A stretch of 64,000 nt of DNA from assembly GCA_944368065.1 (NCBI GenBank), contig CALVWV010000010.1, forward strand, positions 46,534-110,533, read 5' to 3'. Shown piece after piece: positions 18,986 through 28,758 of the stretch. A model generated the notes under the pieces. The model worked only from the letters and a program-made list of their open reading frames with translations, did no database searches and was not told the DNA's origin. The number at the start of each line of letters is the position of its first letter. Within the stretch, counting starts at the first letter, position 1. The DNA is from an uncultured Clostridia bacterium. Lineage in GTDB: Bacteria > Bacillota > Clostridia > Christensenellales > Borkfalkiaceae. Both the position numbers and the translations under genes were made by a program.

Positions 18986-19537
18986 ATGATAACTGCTGAC
19001 ATTATCGTTCTTGTCGCGTGTATTATATTTGTTCTTATCGGCGCCCTCGCAGGTTTCGGTAAGGGACTTAAATTTTTCACGAGCGGCATTTTCGGCGTAA
19101 TCATATCCATATTTGTCTGCTATCTTATATTCGGGCTCGTCCTCGACTGGGACGCCGTGCGTGAACTTCTGCAGAAGTTCAACGACTGGCTCGCCGCTCA
19201 GGGCAGCGTGGGTACGTTCTTCGCGGACATTCATACGGACAGAATAGTTCTTGCCGTAGTGCTGTTCATTATCATACAGATACTCAGAATTATAGTCGTC
19301 AAGATAATCAAGAGCGTCGTTGAAATAAACAACGTGCTGTTCAGAATAATAAACAAAATACTCGGCGCAGCATTTTTCTTTGCGGTAGCTCTTGCAATAC
19401 TTCTGATAGTTTTCCAGATTATAGCATGGATAGGCGGGGATACCTATGCAAACTTCCTTGCAAAGCTCGACGGCAGTATCTTCAGGCTTGACGATCTTCT
19501 TATAAACAATCCGTTGAACTCGATATTCGCTAAATAA
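18986..19537 (+). CDS. CvpA-like integral membrane protein
   Basis: 183 aa with four predicted TM segments. The N-terminus resembles the CvpA family, from memory. Confidence 0.55.
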   Translation: MITADIIVLVACIIFVLIGALAGFGKGLKFFTSGIFGVIISIFVCYLIFGLVLDWDAVRELLQKFNDWLAAQGSVGTFFADIHTDRIVLAVVLFIIIQILRIIVVKIIKSVVEINNVLFRIINKILGAAFFFAVALAILLIVFQIIAWIGGDTYANFLAKLDGSIFRLDDLLINNPLNSIFAK

Positions 19538-19540
19538 TTA

Positions 19541-19570
19541 AAAGGCGGCGCCTGACGTGCCGCCTTTTTT
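19541..19570 (+). terminator. Rho-independent terminator
   Basis: aaaggcggc/gccgccttt stem plus a T-run. Confidence 0.8.
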
Positions 19571-19732
19571 GTAACAAAAATTTTTCTTTCAGCATAAAAT
19601 GAATAATGCGCAGGCCGCCGCGGCAAGTCTTGCCGCGGCGGCCTTATTCAGCTTATGCAGCGGCATAAAGGAGCCAGTTATTTTATGCGGCGCATAGTTG
19701 CGGCGGCAATTTATTGCCGGGGAGGTAATTAT

Positions 19733-20083
19733 TTGGAATTTACATACAATGCTTTAAGGCAGATGGACGTAATAAGCGTTTCGGACGGCAGGCATCTCGG
19801 AAGGGTGTGCGACCTTTTGTTCGACTTCCCCGAAGGGCGCGTGCGCGGTTTTTACGTAACCGGTTGCAAGGGTTTCAGACTGGGCAGACAGGATATATTC
19901 ATACCTTTAAAATCTGTCTTGCGCATTGGCGAAGACGTAATTCTTACCGATGCGGACGATATTCCTCCGCCCAAGAAGCCGTGCCGTAAGCTTAAAAGGG
20001 AGTGTTGCCCTCCCGATTTCGAGCAGAACGGCGGACATTGCGGTGCGCCTAAAGACAGGCGCAGTTACGATGAGTACGAATAG
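19733..20083 (+). CDS. YlmC/YmxH family (PRC-barrel) sporulation protein with a Cys-rich basic C-terminal tail
   Basis: TTG at 19733, 8 nt after GGAGG. The core ..MDVISVSDGRHLGRVCDLLFDFPEGRVRGFYV..IPLKSVLRIGEDVILTD is YlmC-like. The track start 19655 is probably too long. Confidence 0.72.
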   Translation: MEFTYNALRQMDVISVSDGRHLGRVCDLLFDFPEGRVRGFYVTGCKGFRLGRQDIFIPLKSVLRIGEDVILTDADDIPPPKKPCRKLKRECCPPDFEQNGGHCGAPKDRRSYDEYE

Positions 20084-20257
20084 TCCATGTCAAATTTACG
20101 CGCGCGGCAATAAAGCCGCGCACTCAAGCGCTAAAACATTCCGGACGCAGTATCGCCGCGCCGCCGTGCCCTTGTACAAGAGCGCAAACGCGCCAACGTA
20201 CAAGACTGCAAACGAACCCGCGAACAAAAGCGCAAACGCGCCCTTGTCCCAAATATA

Positions 20258-20290
20258 AGCGCGCCTGCGAGTTGCACTCGCAGGCGCGCT
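20258..20290. terminator. Bidirectional terminator hairpin
   Basis: 14-bp perfect stem agcgcgcctgcgag/ctcgcaggcgcgct between convergent genes. Confidence 0.8.
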
Positions 20291-20305
20291 TTGTCACAAA
20301 TTTTT

Positions 20306-20683
20306 TTAAAAAATATTTTCAAGCCTGAGTTTGTAATTTCCCGGCACGCTTTTGGCAAGCTGCCTTACTATTTCAATATTGGCGAGGGCGGAGTGGTAGT
20401 CCTGCGTATAGATGTAAGACGTCGCCTCGTTCAGTCTGTAATCGATGTAAGAGATGTCGTTGTGCGGTATAAAAATGTGCAGTTTCGAGCGCTTGTCCGC
20501 CCACATAATGCGCACGGCGTTTGCGTCCTCGCGGTTTGCGGTCTCATTTTCTATCTTTTCGTAAAGCGCGTCTGCAGCAAGATAAAATTCCGTAAATTCC
20601 TTGTCGAGGTACCATTCAATAAAAATGAAAAATGCTGCGCACGCGGCTATGGCGGCAAGGGTTAAAACAACCGATTTTACCAT
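20306..20683 (-). CDS. DUF4363 family protein
   Basis: 125 aa with an N-terminal TM helix. Its start overlaps the end of the upstream DUF421 gene, a pairing that is common in Firmicutes. Confidence 0.7.
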   Translation of the reverse strand: MVKSVVLTLAAIAACAAFFIFIEWYLDKEFTEFYLAADALYEKIENETANREDANAVRIMWADKRSKLHIFIPHNDISYIDYRLNEATSYIYTQDYHSALANIEIVRQLAKSVPGNYKLRLENIF

Positions 20684-21348
20684 CTTTTGCTTACCTCTGT
20701 ATGAAGTATCCTGTAAGGTTTGCCGGAAGGCTGGAAATAAACTCTGCCGTTTCCGTCAACTGTCATCACGAGCACTTTTTTAAGTTTTGCGCCCTGTTGT
20801 TTCAAAAATTCATCAAGCTTTTCCCTGCTTATGCCGCACATCTCAAGGTTGTGCACATTTATTTTGCCGCTGTCTATTATGGTTACCGCAAGCGAATTTG
20901 TTTTATGCCCGCTTTCGAGCGCAGAAAAACTGCCGTTTGCCTCGTAAAGTCCGTAGTAAACGTCGTCAAGGTTAAAGTAGCCGGCTGTCCGCATGCTTTC
21001 TATGAGGTCGCTCACGTCAAGATTATTTTTTCTCAGCTGATATTCGTCTATTCCCTGTTTGGTAATTACAAGCGAAGGTCTGCCGCATATCACGGCTTTC
21101 ATCGGTCTGAACCACAAATCCAGAAGCCAGACTATCTGGTGCAGTATAAAGATAGCCACAATTGCAACCACGCCGTATAAAAGCGGAATGGAAGAATCTG
21201 CCATGGGTATGCATGCAAGTTCCGCTATCAGAAGGGTAATAACAAATTCAAACGGCTGCATTTCCCCGATCTGGCTTTTGCCCATAAGCCTCATAATCAG
21301 AAGAAGGGTAATAAAAATTACCGCCGTTCTCACAAAAATAAGCGCCAT
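20677..21348 (-). CDS. DUF421 (YetF-like) membrane protein
   Basis: 223 aa with N-terminal TM helices and a YetF-like soluble domain (..LLRKNNLDVSDLIESMR..). Confidence 0.8.
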   Translation of the reverse strand: MALIFVRTAVIFITLLLIMRLMGKSQIGEMQPFEFVITLLIAELACIPMADSSIPLLYGVVAIVAIFILHQIVWLLDLWFRPMKAVICGRPSLVITKQGIDEYQLRKNNLDVSDLIESMRTAGYFNLDDVYYGLYEANGSFSALESGHKTNSLAVTIIDSGKINVHNLEMCGISREKLDEFLKQQGAKLKKVLVMTVDGNGRVYFQPSGKPYRILHTEVSKRW

Positions 21349-21382
21349 AACATAAGTATCGGCAAAAAGTCCTGCAATATTC

Positions 21383-21411
21383 TTGCCAAAACGCCGCGGC
21401 GGTGTTATAAT
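21383..21411 (+). promoter_or_regulatory. Putative sigma-A promoter (TTGCCA-17 nt-TATAAT) for the folate operon leader
   Basis: Good -35/-10 spacing, about 15 nt upstream of the riboswitch-like element. Confidence 0.5.
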
Positions 21412-21424
21412 TTTTTAAAATAAA

Positions 21425-21505
21425 AAGCACAGGCGCGTTAAGTGTTGCCGATAGGACAGTCGGCAAACGAAAGGTAAAACCTGCGGTGTCTGTGCGCGTC
21501 CCGAA
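21425..21505 (+). promoter_or_regulatory. THF (tetrahydrofolate) riboswitch-like aptamer
   Basis: Contains CGCGTTAAGTG..TAGGACAGTCGGCAAACGAAAGG..CTGCGGTG.. This parallels the conserved THF-I core I remember (CGCGUUAAGUG..GGGAUGUCG..ACGAAGC..GCGGUG). The outer helix is GCACAG/CTGTGC. It lies upstream of folC-folE-folP-folBK. Confidence 0.65.
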
Positions 21506-21518
21506 TTTTGTTTGTAAA

Positions 21519-21549
21519 ACGGGCGTTTCGTGCGCCCGTATATTTTTTT
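21519..21549 (+). terminator. Intrinsic terminator (riboswitch expression platform)
   Basis: acgggcg/cgcccgt stem followed by atattttttt, located between the aptamer and folC. Confidence 0.7.
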
Positions 21550-21629
21550 ACGAGGACGACGGAAATTTATTTTTGCGGAGTTCTTTTTTTATTTTGCAGA
21601 GCGATAACGTAGTAAATAAAATAGTCGGC

Positions 21630-22808
21630 ATGCGCAGCGACGGAATGAAGTTCGGCACAGAGCGCACCCGCGCCCTTCTGGACGCTCTCGGCTCGCCCGA
21701 CGAAAAACTTAAAATAATACACGTGGCAGGGACAAACGGCAAAGGCTCGGTGTGTACATATCTTACATCGATACTGCTTGCGGCAGGCAAAACTGTTGGC
21801 ACCTATATGACGCCCGAAGTTTACTGCTTCGAAGAACAGTTTCTGATAAACGGAAGTACAGATGCCCGCCTTACGGAAGAATGCCTTTTGCGCGTACAGA
21901 AAGCGGCGGAGGGAATGGCGGACAAACCCACCGCGTATGAGCGTCAGACCGCTGCGGCATTTCTAATTTTTGCAAAGGCGGGCTGCGAGTATGCGGTGAT
22001 TGAATGCTGCATGGGCGGACTTCTGGATACGACCAATGCCGCGAACAAAAAAATACTTGCCGTCATAACTTCCATATCTTTGGAACACACCGCCTTTCTC
22101 GGCAATACGCTTTCGGAAATAGCCCGCCACAAATCGGGCATAATAAAGGGTTGCTCGTCGGTAATTTCACGGTGCGTGCCCGAAGAAGTCCGTCCAATCT
22201 TTTATTCATTAGGTTCTGCGCTTGCGCAGGATGTTTCCGGGATAAATGAGGAAAGCGGCGGCACGTCATTTGAATGCGGCGGAAGGAAATACTTTACCCG
22301 CATGCTCGGGTGTAGGCAACCTTACAACGCGGCGACGGCAATAACTTCGGCTCATATGCTCGGCATCGGCGAAGAGAGCATTGCTGCGGGAATTTCTGCG
22401 GCGTACCTTAAGGGCAGACTGCAGATTGACAGGATAGGCTTAACCGATTACATAACGGACGGTGCGCATAATCCCGAAAGTTTCATTCCGCTTGCAAATG
22501 AGCTGAGGGGTAGGTACGCAGGCAAAAGGCGTGCGATAATATACGGGTGCCTGAGCGATAAAGACATAACGTCTGTGCTTGCTTCGCTTAAAGGCTGCGC
22601 AGAAAAGATTACGGCCGTGCGCCCTTTGAATTACAGGGCGATGGATTATAATAAAATACTTGAAGAGTGCCGCGCGGCATTCAAAGACGTGGCGGAGGCG
22701 GACAGCGTGCAGAGCGCTCTGGATACCGCCCGGGCAGACGTCGTGGCGGTGTGCGGTTCGTTCACTCTTTTAAAGGAGGCTGAAGAATGGATAGAGAAAA
22801 GGCGATAA
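21630..22808 (+). CDS. folC: Folylpolyglutamate synthase/dihydrofolate synthase
   Basis: [11 protein letters not shown]-loop and Mur-ligase layout. The start is uncertain: ATG 21630 has no clear SD, an in-frame TTG at 21594 is possible, and the track start 21486 lies inside the riboswitch. Confidence 0.88.
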   Translation: MRSDGMKFGTERTRALLDALGSPDEKLKIIHVAGTNGKGSVCTYLTSILLAAGKTVGTYMTPEVYCFEEQFLINGSTDARLTEECLLRVQKAAEGMADKPTAYERQTAAAFLIFAKAGCEYAVIECCMGGLLDTTNAANKKILAVITSISLEHTAFLGNTLSEIARHKSGIIKGCSSVISRCVPEEVRPIFYSLGSALAQDVSGINEESGGTSFECGGRKYFTRMLGCRQPYNAATAITSAHMLGIGEESIAAGISAAYLKGRLQIDRIGLTDYITDGAHNPESFIPLANELRGRYAGKRRAIIYGCLSDKDITSVLASLKGCAEKITAVRPLNYRAMDYNKILEECRAAFKDVAEADSVQSALDTARADVVAVCGSFTLLKEAEEWIEKRR

Positions 22809-23332
22809 AAGCAGTTGCTGATTTTCTTGCCGCGGTAGGCGAGGATGTTACAAGGGAGGGGCTAAAGGACACCCCCGCGCGCGTCGCTGACATGTACGCC
22901 GAGCTTCTCAGCGGCAACGGCGACGATGCGGCGCGCCATCTTTCAAAAACGTTCGCCGTTCAGTCGGGCGATATAGTCATAGAAAAGGATATAACCTTTT
23001 CGTCCATGTGCGAACATCACCTCATGCCCTTTTTCGGCAAAATGGCAATAGCTTACCTTCCAGATAAAAAGGTGGCGGGGCTTTCCAAGCTCGCGCGGAC
23101 GGTGGAAGTATATGCAAGAAGACTTCAGCTTCAGGAACAGCTCACAAGTCAGGTAGCGGAAGCAGTGTATAAGTACCTCGGCGCGCGCGGCGTTTTCGTG
23201 CTGTGCGAGGCGGAGCATACGTGCATGACCTGCCGCGGCGTAAAAAAGCCAGGGTCAAAAACCGTCACCTATTCGACTGCGGGCGATTTCCCCGCCGAAA
23301 AAATAGCCGAGGTCGTAGCGCTTTTAAAATGA
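22787..23332 (+). CDS. folE: GTP cyclohydrolase I
   Basis: 181 aa with the [12 protein letters not shown] motif. Confidence 0.95.
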   Translation: MDREKAIKAVADFLAAVGEDVTREGLKDTPARVADMYAELLSGNGDDAARHLSKTFAVQSGDIVIEKDITFSSMCEHHLMPFFGKMAIAYLPDKKVAGLSKLARTVEVYARRLQLQEQLTSQVAEAVYKYLGARGVFVLCEAEHTCMTCRGVKKPGSKTVTYSTAGDFPAEKIAEVVALLK

Positions 23333-24117
23333 TAGCAGGTTCTAAGGATTTTGCGGACGGAACGCACGTAATGGCAATAATAAACCTCACGCCGGACAGC
23401 TTCTGGGGCGCAAGCAGGCAGACGGAAAGCACAGTTCTTTCCGCCGTTGAGCGCGCGGTGGAAGAGGGCGCGGAAATAATAGACATCGGCGCACAGTCGA
23501 CGCGGCCGGGATATACAGAAGTCAGCGCCGAGGAGGAGATTGCCCGCATTATAGCCCCGCTCAGGGCAATCAGAAAGCGCTTTTCCGTCCCCGTTTCAAT
23601 CGATACCTACTACGAAAAATGTGCGCGCGCGGCACTTGATGCGGGCGCAGACATGATAAACGATGTCTGGGGACTCACGCACGATAAGGATATGGCAAAA
23701 ACGATAGCCTCATACAATGCCGCCGTATGCATAATGCATAACTCGGATAAGCCGCTTGTCGGCGACATATGGCCTCAGATAACAGGTTTTTTAAAAAATT
23801 CGGTAAAAATTGCGCTGGATGCAGGCATTTCGGAAAATAAAATCTGCCTTGACGGCGGAATAGGCTTTGCCAAATCGCGCGAACAGAATTTTGAACTTTT
23901 AAACGGCTACGAGCGCCTTTCCTCGCTCGGTTATCCCCTTCTTTTAGGCGCAAGCCGCAAATCAATGTTCGGCGGCGCCGTCGAAGACAGGCTTGAACCT
24001 ACGCTTGCGGCGACAAGGCTCGCCGTACAGAAAGGCGTTCGGTTCGTGCGCGTGCACGACGTGAAAGAGAACGCAATGGCCATCGCCATAGCCCAAAAAA
24101 ATTTACGGAGCAGATAA
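23329..24117 (+). CDS. folP: Dihydropteroate synthase
   Basis: ATGA overlap with folE. Motifs are [24 protein letters not shown] and NDVWG. Confidence 0.95.
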   Translation: MIAGSKDFADGTHVMAIINLTPDSFWGASRQTESTVLSAVERAVEEGAEIIDIGAQSTRPGYTEVSAEEEIARIIAPLRAIRKRFSVPVSIDTYYEKCARAALDAGADMINDVWGLTHDKDMAKTIASYNAAVCIMHNSDKPLVGDIWPQITGFLKNSVKIALDAGISENKICLDGGIGFAKSREQNFELLNGYERLSSLGYPLLLGASRKSMFGGAVEDRLEPTLAATRLAVQKGVRFVRVHDVKENAMAIAIAQKNLRSR

Positions 24118-24938
24118 TGGGAAAAGTATTTGTCAGAAAGCTTGTAATAAAAACGTGCCACGGCGTCAACGACTTTGAAAAACGCCAGCCGCAGCGTTTT
24201 GAATTTTCCGCCGAGGTAGGCTGCGACTTTTACGAGGCGGCAAAGAACGATGAAATTTCGCAGACGGTCAATTATTCAACCGTATGCAAAATAATGACGG
24301 CGGTGGCAACGCAGAATGTTTTCAACCTTATCGAAACGCTTGCTTGCCGCTGCTGCGAAGCAATACTCGAAAATTTCCCTCAGGCGGAGTATGCAGTCGT
24401 GCGCGTGGATAAACCCCAGGCGCCTATAAAAGCAAAGTTCAAAACGGTGTCTTGCGAAGTGTGCCTCCGCCGCGAAAAGGTCTATCTTTCGCTCGGCTCG
24501 AGTATGGGCGATAAGAAGGCTTACCTTGATTTTGCCGTCAAAGCGCTCAATGCAACCCGCGGCATAGCGGTAAAAAAAGTTTCCTCCTATCTCGAGACGG
24601 CTCCTTACGGCGGCGTTGCAAAGAACACGTTTTTAAATGCCTGCGCAGAGATAGAAACCTATCTTCCCCCGCGCGCGCTTCTCGGCGAAATCCACAGGAT
24701 AGAGGCGGAGGGCGAACGAATACGCGCCCTGCGCTGGGACGACAGAACTCTGGATATAGACATTATCTTTTACGGCAGACAGATAATATGCGAAGACGGA
24801 CTCACCGTACCTCACGCAGACTATAAAAACCGCGCGTTCGTATTGGGTCCCTTAAGCGAAATTGCTCCCGATTTCATATGTCCCGCGTGCGGCGAAAAAA
24901 TTCTTGATTTGTATAAAAAACTCGGTGCGGATAAATAA
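24117..24938 (+). CDS. folB-folK: Bifunctional dihydroneopterin aldolase / HPPK
   Basis: 273 aa. The N-terminal half is FolB-like. The C-terminal half carries HPPK motifs (RWDDRTLDIDII, VPHAD). Confidence 0.85.
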   Translation: MGKVFVRKLVIKTCHGVNDFEKRQPQRFEFSAEVGCDFYEAAKNDEISQTVNYSTVCKIMTAVATQNVFNLIETLACRCCEAILENFPQAEYAVVRVDKPQAPIKAKFKTVSCEVCLRREKVYLSLGSSMGDKKAYLDFAVKALNATRGIAVKKVSSYLETAPYGGVAKNTFLNACAEIETYLPPRALLGEIHRIEAEGERIRALRWDDRTLDIDIIFYGRQIICEDGLTVPHADYKNRAFVLGPLSEIAPDFICPACGEKILDLYKKLGADK

Positions 24939-25485
24939 AAATAAATTAAAATTAAATTAATTTTTTCTTGTATAAAAATGCAGTCAGAACATCGTTTTTT
25001 ACTGCATTTTTATTGATTTTATTCAAAGAGAAAAAATAAATAAAATAATTCAGATTTATTTTTTTTATACTGCGTTTATTCTGTCTTTAAAATCATGCAG
25101 TTATTTTTTAACAAATTCTGAACCTGTTTTACAGGGCGGGATATGCATTGTGTGAGCCTTGTGTTCAACTGTTGAATTTTAACATTTTTTATATGTGCAA
25201 ACTGCACAAAGTTTTTCAAAAAATCTATACAAAGATAAAGCTATATGGTATAATTCGTTTAGCTTGGGTGATTGTTTTGGAAAAACGCGGCTATAATTAA
25301 AAGGCGCGTATAATTTCTTGCGGATGCCGTAAATTACCATGCGGCTTTTTTGTTTGTCTTACGCACGTAAAAACAACCCTGAAAAAAATTCAACTTTTAT
25401 TTTTATTATCTGTACTCATGCACTGAGAAAACAATGAAACTCGTCTGGCAATGCGTGCGGTAATCGAGTTTAGGAGTGATTTGTT

Positions 25486-27000
25486 TTGGAAAAGATAGGA
25501 ATTATTGATTTAGGTTCAAATTCGGCCAGGCTTGTCATCGTAAACCTCTTTCAGGAGGGCTATTTTATGGTTGTTGACGAGCTTAAGGAAAGTGTTCGTC
25601 TCGGCCAGGACATGGAGCGCGACGGCTTTCTGAAGCCTCAGCGCGTTGCGGAAACCATCAAAACGCTCAAGATGTTCCGCAAGCTTTGCGATGCAAGCGG
25701 AGTGAGCAGGATTATAACCGTCGCCACTGAAGCTGTGCGCAAGGCAAAAAACCAGCGCAGTTTCCTCGATGAAATTCAGGCAAACTGCGGCCTTAAAATC
25801 AAGGTGCTCACCGCCGAAGAGGAAGCTACGCTTGTCTACCGCGGCGTAATAAACACCATGGACGTGCCCAAGGGTCTTATCCTTGAAATCGGCGGCGGTT
25901 CAACAAAGATTGTCTATTACAACAGGCGCAATATGCTCAACTATGCTACATTGCCTTTCGGCTCTGTAACGCTTACGGATATGTTTGCCGATGAAAACAG
26001 CAAGCCCGAAGAGCAGTGCGACAAGATAGAAGAATTCTTTACCGAACAGCTCAAGGGCGTTGAATGGCTTTCCGAAGTTGACCCCGATGTTCAGATGATA
26101 GGCGTAGGAGGCTCGTTCAGAAATCTCTTCAAAATAAATAAGATGGTGCACAAGTATCCGCTTGACACCGTTCATAACTACAATATGCTCACAGAGGATT
26201 TCCTTCCCCTGTACGAGATGATAAAAGTTCTCGACCTCGACAAAAAGAAGAAGATAAAAGGTCTTTCCGCGCAGCGTGCCGACATTCTGCCCGCAGCGCT
26301 CGCCGTTATCAAATCTTTCGTGTCATATATGCATGTTGACAATTTCACTATATCGGGCGCAGGTCTGCGCGAGGGCATAATGTTCAACCAGGCGCTTCCT
26401 TCCACGATAGAAAAGCCCGTTTCCGATGTTCTCAACTATTCGCTTACGACGCTTGTAAAGTGGTATGACTGCGACGAAAGGCACGTTGAACACGTAGTTA
26501 ATTTAAGCATTCAGCTTTTCAAGCAGCTGCGCGTTCTTCACAAGTTCCCCCGTCAGTATCTCAAAGTCCTTAAAGTCGCTGCAACGCTGCACGACTGCGG
26601 AATGCGCATAAAGTATTACAACCATCAGCGCCACAGCTGGTACATGATTTTAAACGCCAACTTATACGGCGTAACCCACAGGGAGGTTGTGCTTGCGGCA
26701 TTTACCGCCTGCTGCCATAAAAAGGAAGATATCAACCCGCTCGACTGGGCGCGCTTTAAGGATATCCTGCGCGAAGAGGATGTGGAAATCGTCAAGCGTC
26801 TCGGCGTAATGCTCCGCATTGCCGAAAGTCTGGACAGGAGCATGTCCGGCTGCATCAAGGGCATAAACTGCGACATACTCGGCGATTCGGTTATAATGAA
26901 GACGGAGGTAGAGGGCGACGCCAGCCTTGAAATACGCGATGCGATGGCTGCGGGTGCCGAATTCAAAAAATCCTTCCACAAAAACCTTGAAATTCTGTAA
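25486..27000 (+). CDS. Ppx/GppA family phosphatase with C-terminal HD domain
   Basis: TTG start after TAGGAG. The actin-like ATPase motifs IIDLGSNSARL and EIGGGS are followed by an HD domain (ATLHDCG). Confidence 0.85.
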   Translation: MEKIGIIDLGSNSARLVIVNLFQEGYFMVVDELKESVRLGQDMERDGFLKPQRVAETIKTLKMFRKLCDASGVSRIITVATEAVRKAKNQRSFLDEIQANCGLKIKVLTAEEEATLVYRGVINTMDVPKGLILEIGGGSTKIVYYNRRNMLNYATLPFGSVTLTDMFADENSKPEEQCDKIEEFFTEQLKGVEWLSEVDPDVQMIGVGGSFRNLFKINKMVHKYPLDTVHNYNMLTEDFLPLYEMIKVLDLDKKKKIKGLSAQRADILPAALAVIKSFVSYMHVDNFTISGAGLREGIMFNQALPSTIEKPVSDVLNYSLTTLVKWYDCDERHVEHVVNLSIQLFKQLRVLHKFPRQYLKVLKVAATLHDCGMRIKYYNHQRHSWYMILNANLYGVTHREVVLAAFTACCHKKEDINPLDWARFKDILREEDVEIVKRLGVMLRIAESLDRSMSGCIKGINCDILGDSVIMKTEVEGDASLEIRDAMAAGAEFKKSFHKNLEIL

Positions 27001-27042
27001 GTTGTAATGCCGCCGAAAGCGGCATTATTTGTTAGATGTATT

Positions 27043-27600
27043 ATGCAGTACGTTCTTGCCAGTGCTTCCCCGCGCCGCAGGGAACTTCTTTCGCAGATTT
27101 TAGACGATTTTATAGTAGATCCCGCACGGGGCGGAGAGGAAGTAAACATCTCTCTCTTCCCTGAAGACATCGCGTGCGCCCTGGCCGAAAGGAAGTGCAA
27201 CGAGGTGTTCGGCAGGCATTCGGGCAGCACCGTAATAGGCTGCGATACTATAGTCGTGTTCGAAGGCGAAATTTTAGGCAAACCTTCAGGCAGGGACGAA
27301 GCGGCGGCAACGCTTAAAAGGCTTTCAGGCAGAACGCACTATGTCATAACGGGCGTCTGCGTCCGCAATAAATACAAAAAGCTCATAAAGTATGATAAAA
27401 CGGAAGTAAAATTCAATCAGCTTTCGGATGAGTTTATCAGAATATACGTAGACAGCGGTTCCCCGCTTGATAAAGCCGGCAGCTACGGCATTCAGGACGG
27501 CGGACTTGTAAAGCAGTATTACGGCAGTTATACCAACGTGGTGGGGCTGCCTGTCGCGCTGCTTAAGAATATGCTTAAGGAAATATGGGAAGATTTATGA
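27043..27600 (+). CDS. maf: Maf-like nucleoside triphosphate pyrophosphatase
   Basis: MQYVLASASPRRRELL.. is the canonical Maf N-terminus. The track start 27007 is too long. Confidence 0.9.
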   Translation: MQYVLASASPRRRELLSQILDDFIVDPARGGEEVNISLFPEDIACALAERKCNEVFGRHSGSTVIGCDTIVVFEGEILGKPSGRDEAAATLKRLSGRTHYVITGVCVRNKYKKLIKYDKTEVKFNQLSDEFIRIYVDSGSPLDKAGSYGIQDGGLVKQYYGSYTNVVGLPVALLKNMLKEIWEDL

Positions 27601-28607
27601 TAAAGCTTGCAATAGACCTCGGTTCATGGGTGACAAAAATATATAAATCGGGTTGCGGCGTAGTGCTTGCCGAAGCCACTTGCGCGGCTGTTGAACAGCT
27701 CCCAGGCTCCGGCAGATACACCGTAAAATTTTTAGGCGACAAGGCGCGCGCTCTTTCAGGCCGCGCGGCGCAGAACACTCACATAATTAATCCCGTAGTC
27801 GACGGCGACATCATTCACAGCGACATTGTTGCCGACCTTTTGCGATATTTCCTTGAAAAAATAGAAATAAATCACAGGCGCGCCCGCAAAACGGAAGTGG
27901 TTTTCGTGCTCCCCTGCGGCGCAAAGCCTGAGCTCAAGCAGAAATATTTCAACCTCGCCGATGACTGCAATATTGGCAAGGTGTATTTCACGCAGGCGCC
28001 GTTTGCGGCGGTACTCGGGCACAACGTGCTTCTCAGCGAATCTACGCCCGTTTTCAGCGTGGACATAGGCTACGGGCTTACTAATATCGCGGCGTTCTCG
28101 CTCGACGGCGTAATATCAGGCATGAGCCTTAACCTCGGCGGCGGCAACATCGACGTTCACCTTATGGATTATATGGCGGAAAATTACAATCTCCGCATAG
28201 GCGCGCTTACCGCGGAAAAACTTAAAAACACGGTGGGCAGCTTTCTTCCCGACGACAACAAGCTGATGGTGGTGGACGGAAGGGACGTATCATCTGGTGC
28301 GCCCGCGTCTGTCGCCGTAACTACTTCGCAGATATATGACGTTCTGACTTTGTACGTCGATAAGATTATAGAGTACGTCGTTCTGATGATATCCAAGCTC
28401 CCCGCGGAGGTCGCGTCTGCGGTAATGCACAGCGGCGTGTATCTTTCCGGCGGACTGTGCAAGATGGACGGCATAGCCGATTATTTCTCTTCCAAGCTCA
28501 AAATTACCGCCAACACGTTCGACGAGCCCCAGCTTGCCGCCGTCATAGGCGCAGGCATGGTGATATCCAGCGACTATTTTACAGAAAAGGTAGCAACTCA
28601 GGACTAA
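27597..28607 (+). CDS. MreB/Mbl-like actin-family protein (divergent)
   Basis: ATGA overlap with maf. It is colinear with MreB (IDLGS.., VDIGYGLTNIA, LSGGLCKMDG) but diverged. No mreC or mreD follows. Confidence 0.72.
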   Translation: MIKLAIDLGSWVTKIYKSGCGVVLAEATCAAVEQLPGSGRYTVKFLGDKARALSGRAAQNTHIINPVVDGDIIHSDIVADLLRYFLEKIEINHRRARKTEVVFVLPCGAKPELKQKYFNLADDCNIGKVYFTQAPFAAVLGHNVLLSESTPVFSVDIGYGLTNIAAFSLDGVISGMSLNLGGGNIDVHLMDYMAENYNLRIGALTAEKLKNTVGSFLPDDNKLMVVDGRDVSSGAPASVAVTTSQIYDVLTLYVDKIIEYVVLMISKLPAEVASAVMHSGVYLSGGLCKMDGIADYFSSKLKITANTFDEPQLAAVIGAGMVISSDYFTEKVATQD

Positions 28608-28618
28608 AAATAAGTTGA

Positions 28619-28664
28619 AGCGCCGCGGCAAATCATAAAGATTTGCCGCGGCGCTTTATTTTTG
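28619..28664 (+). terminator. Rho-independent terminator
   Basis: 15-bp stem agcgccgcggcaaat/atttgccgcggcgct plus a T-run. Confidence 0.85.
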
Positions 28665-28729
28665 CCTTTGACGAGGTGTGAGTTGTTCTCACATAACATA
28701 AAATGTAATATAATTATATGACAATTATA

Positions 28730-28758
28730 TTGACAAAGTTTCTATGCAATGATAGAAT
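28730..28758 (+). promoter_or_regulatory. Putative sigma-A promoter (TTGACA-17 nt-TAGAAT)
   Basis: Consensus -35, about 260 nt upstream of the next start codon. Confidence 0.5.

Noticed and set aside
18839-19234. 131-aa minus-strand ORF in the sigG upstream region.
   Set aside because: It overlaps the better-supported plus-strand membrane protein (18986..19537). It has no SD and no recognisable domains.
19950-20258. 102-aa ORF (or a 62-aa version from ATG 20070) containing the YKSANAPT-like octapeptide repeats.
   Set aside because: It overlaps the ylmC-like 3' end out of frame, has no ribosome-binding site, and has a basic low-complexity composition. The DNA repeats are reported as a low-interest finding instead.
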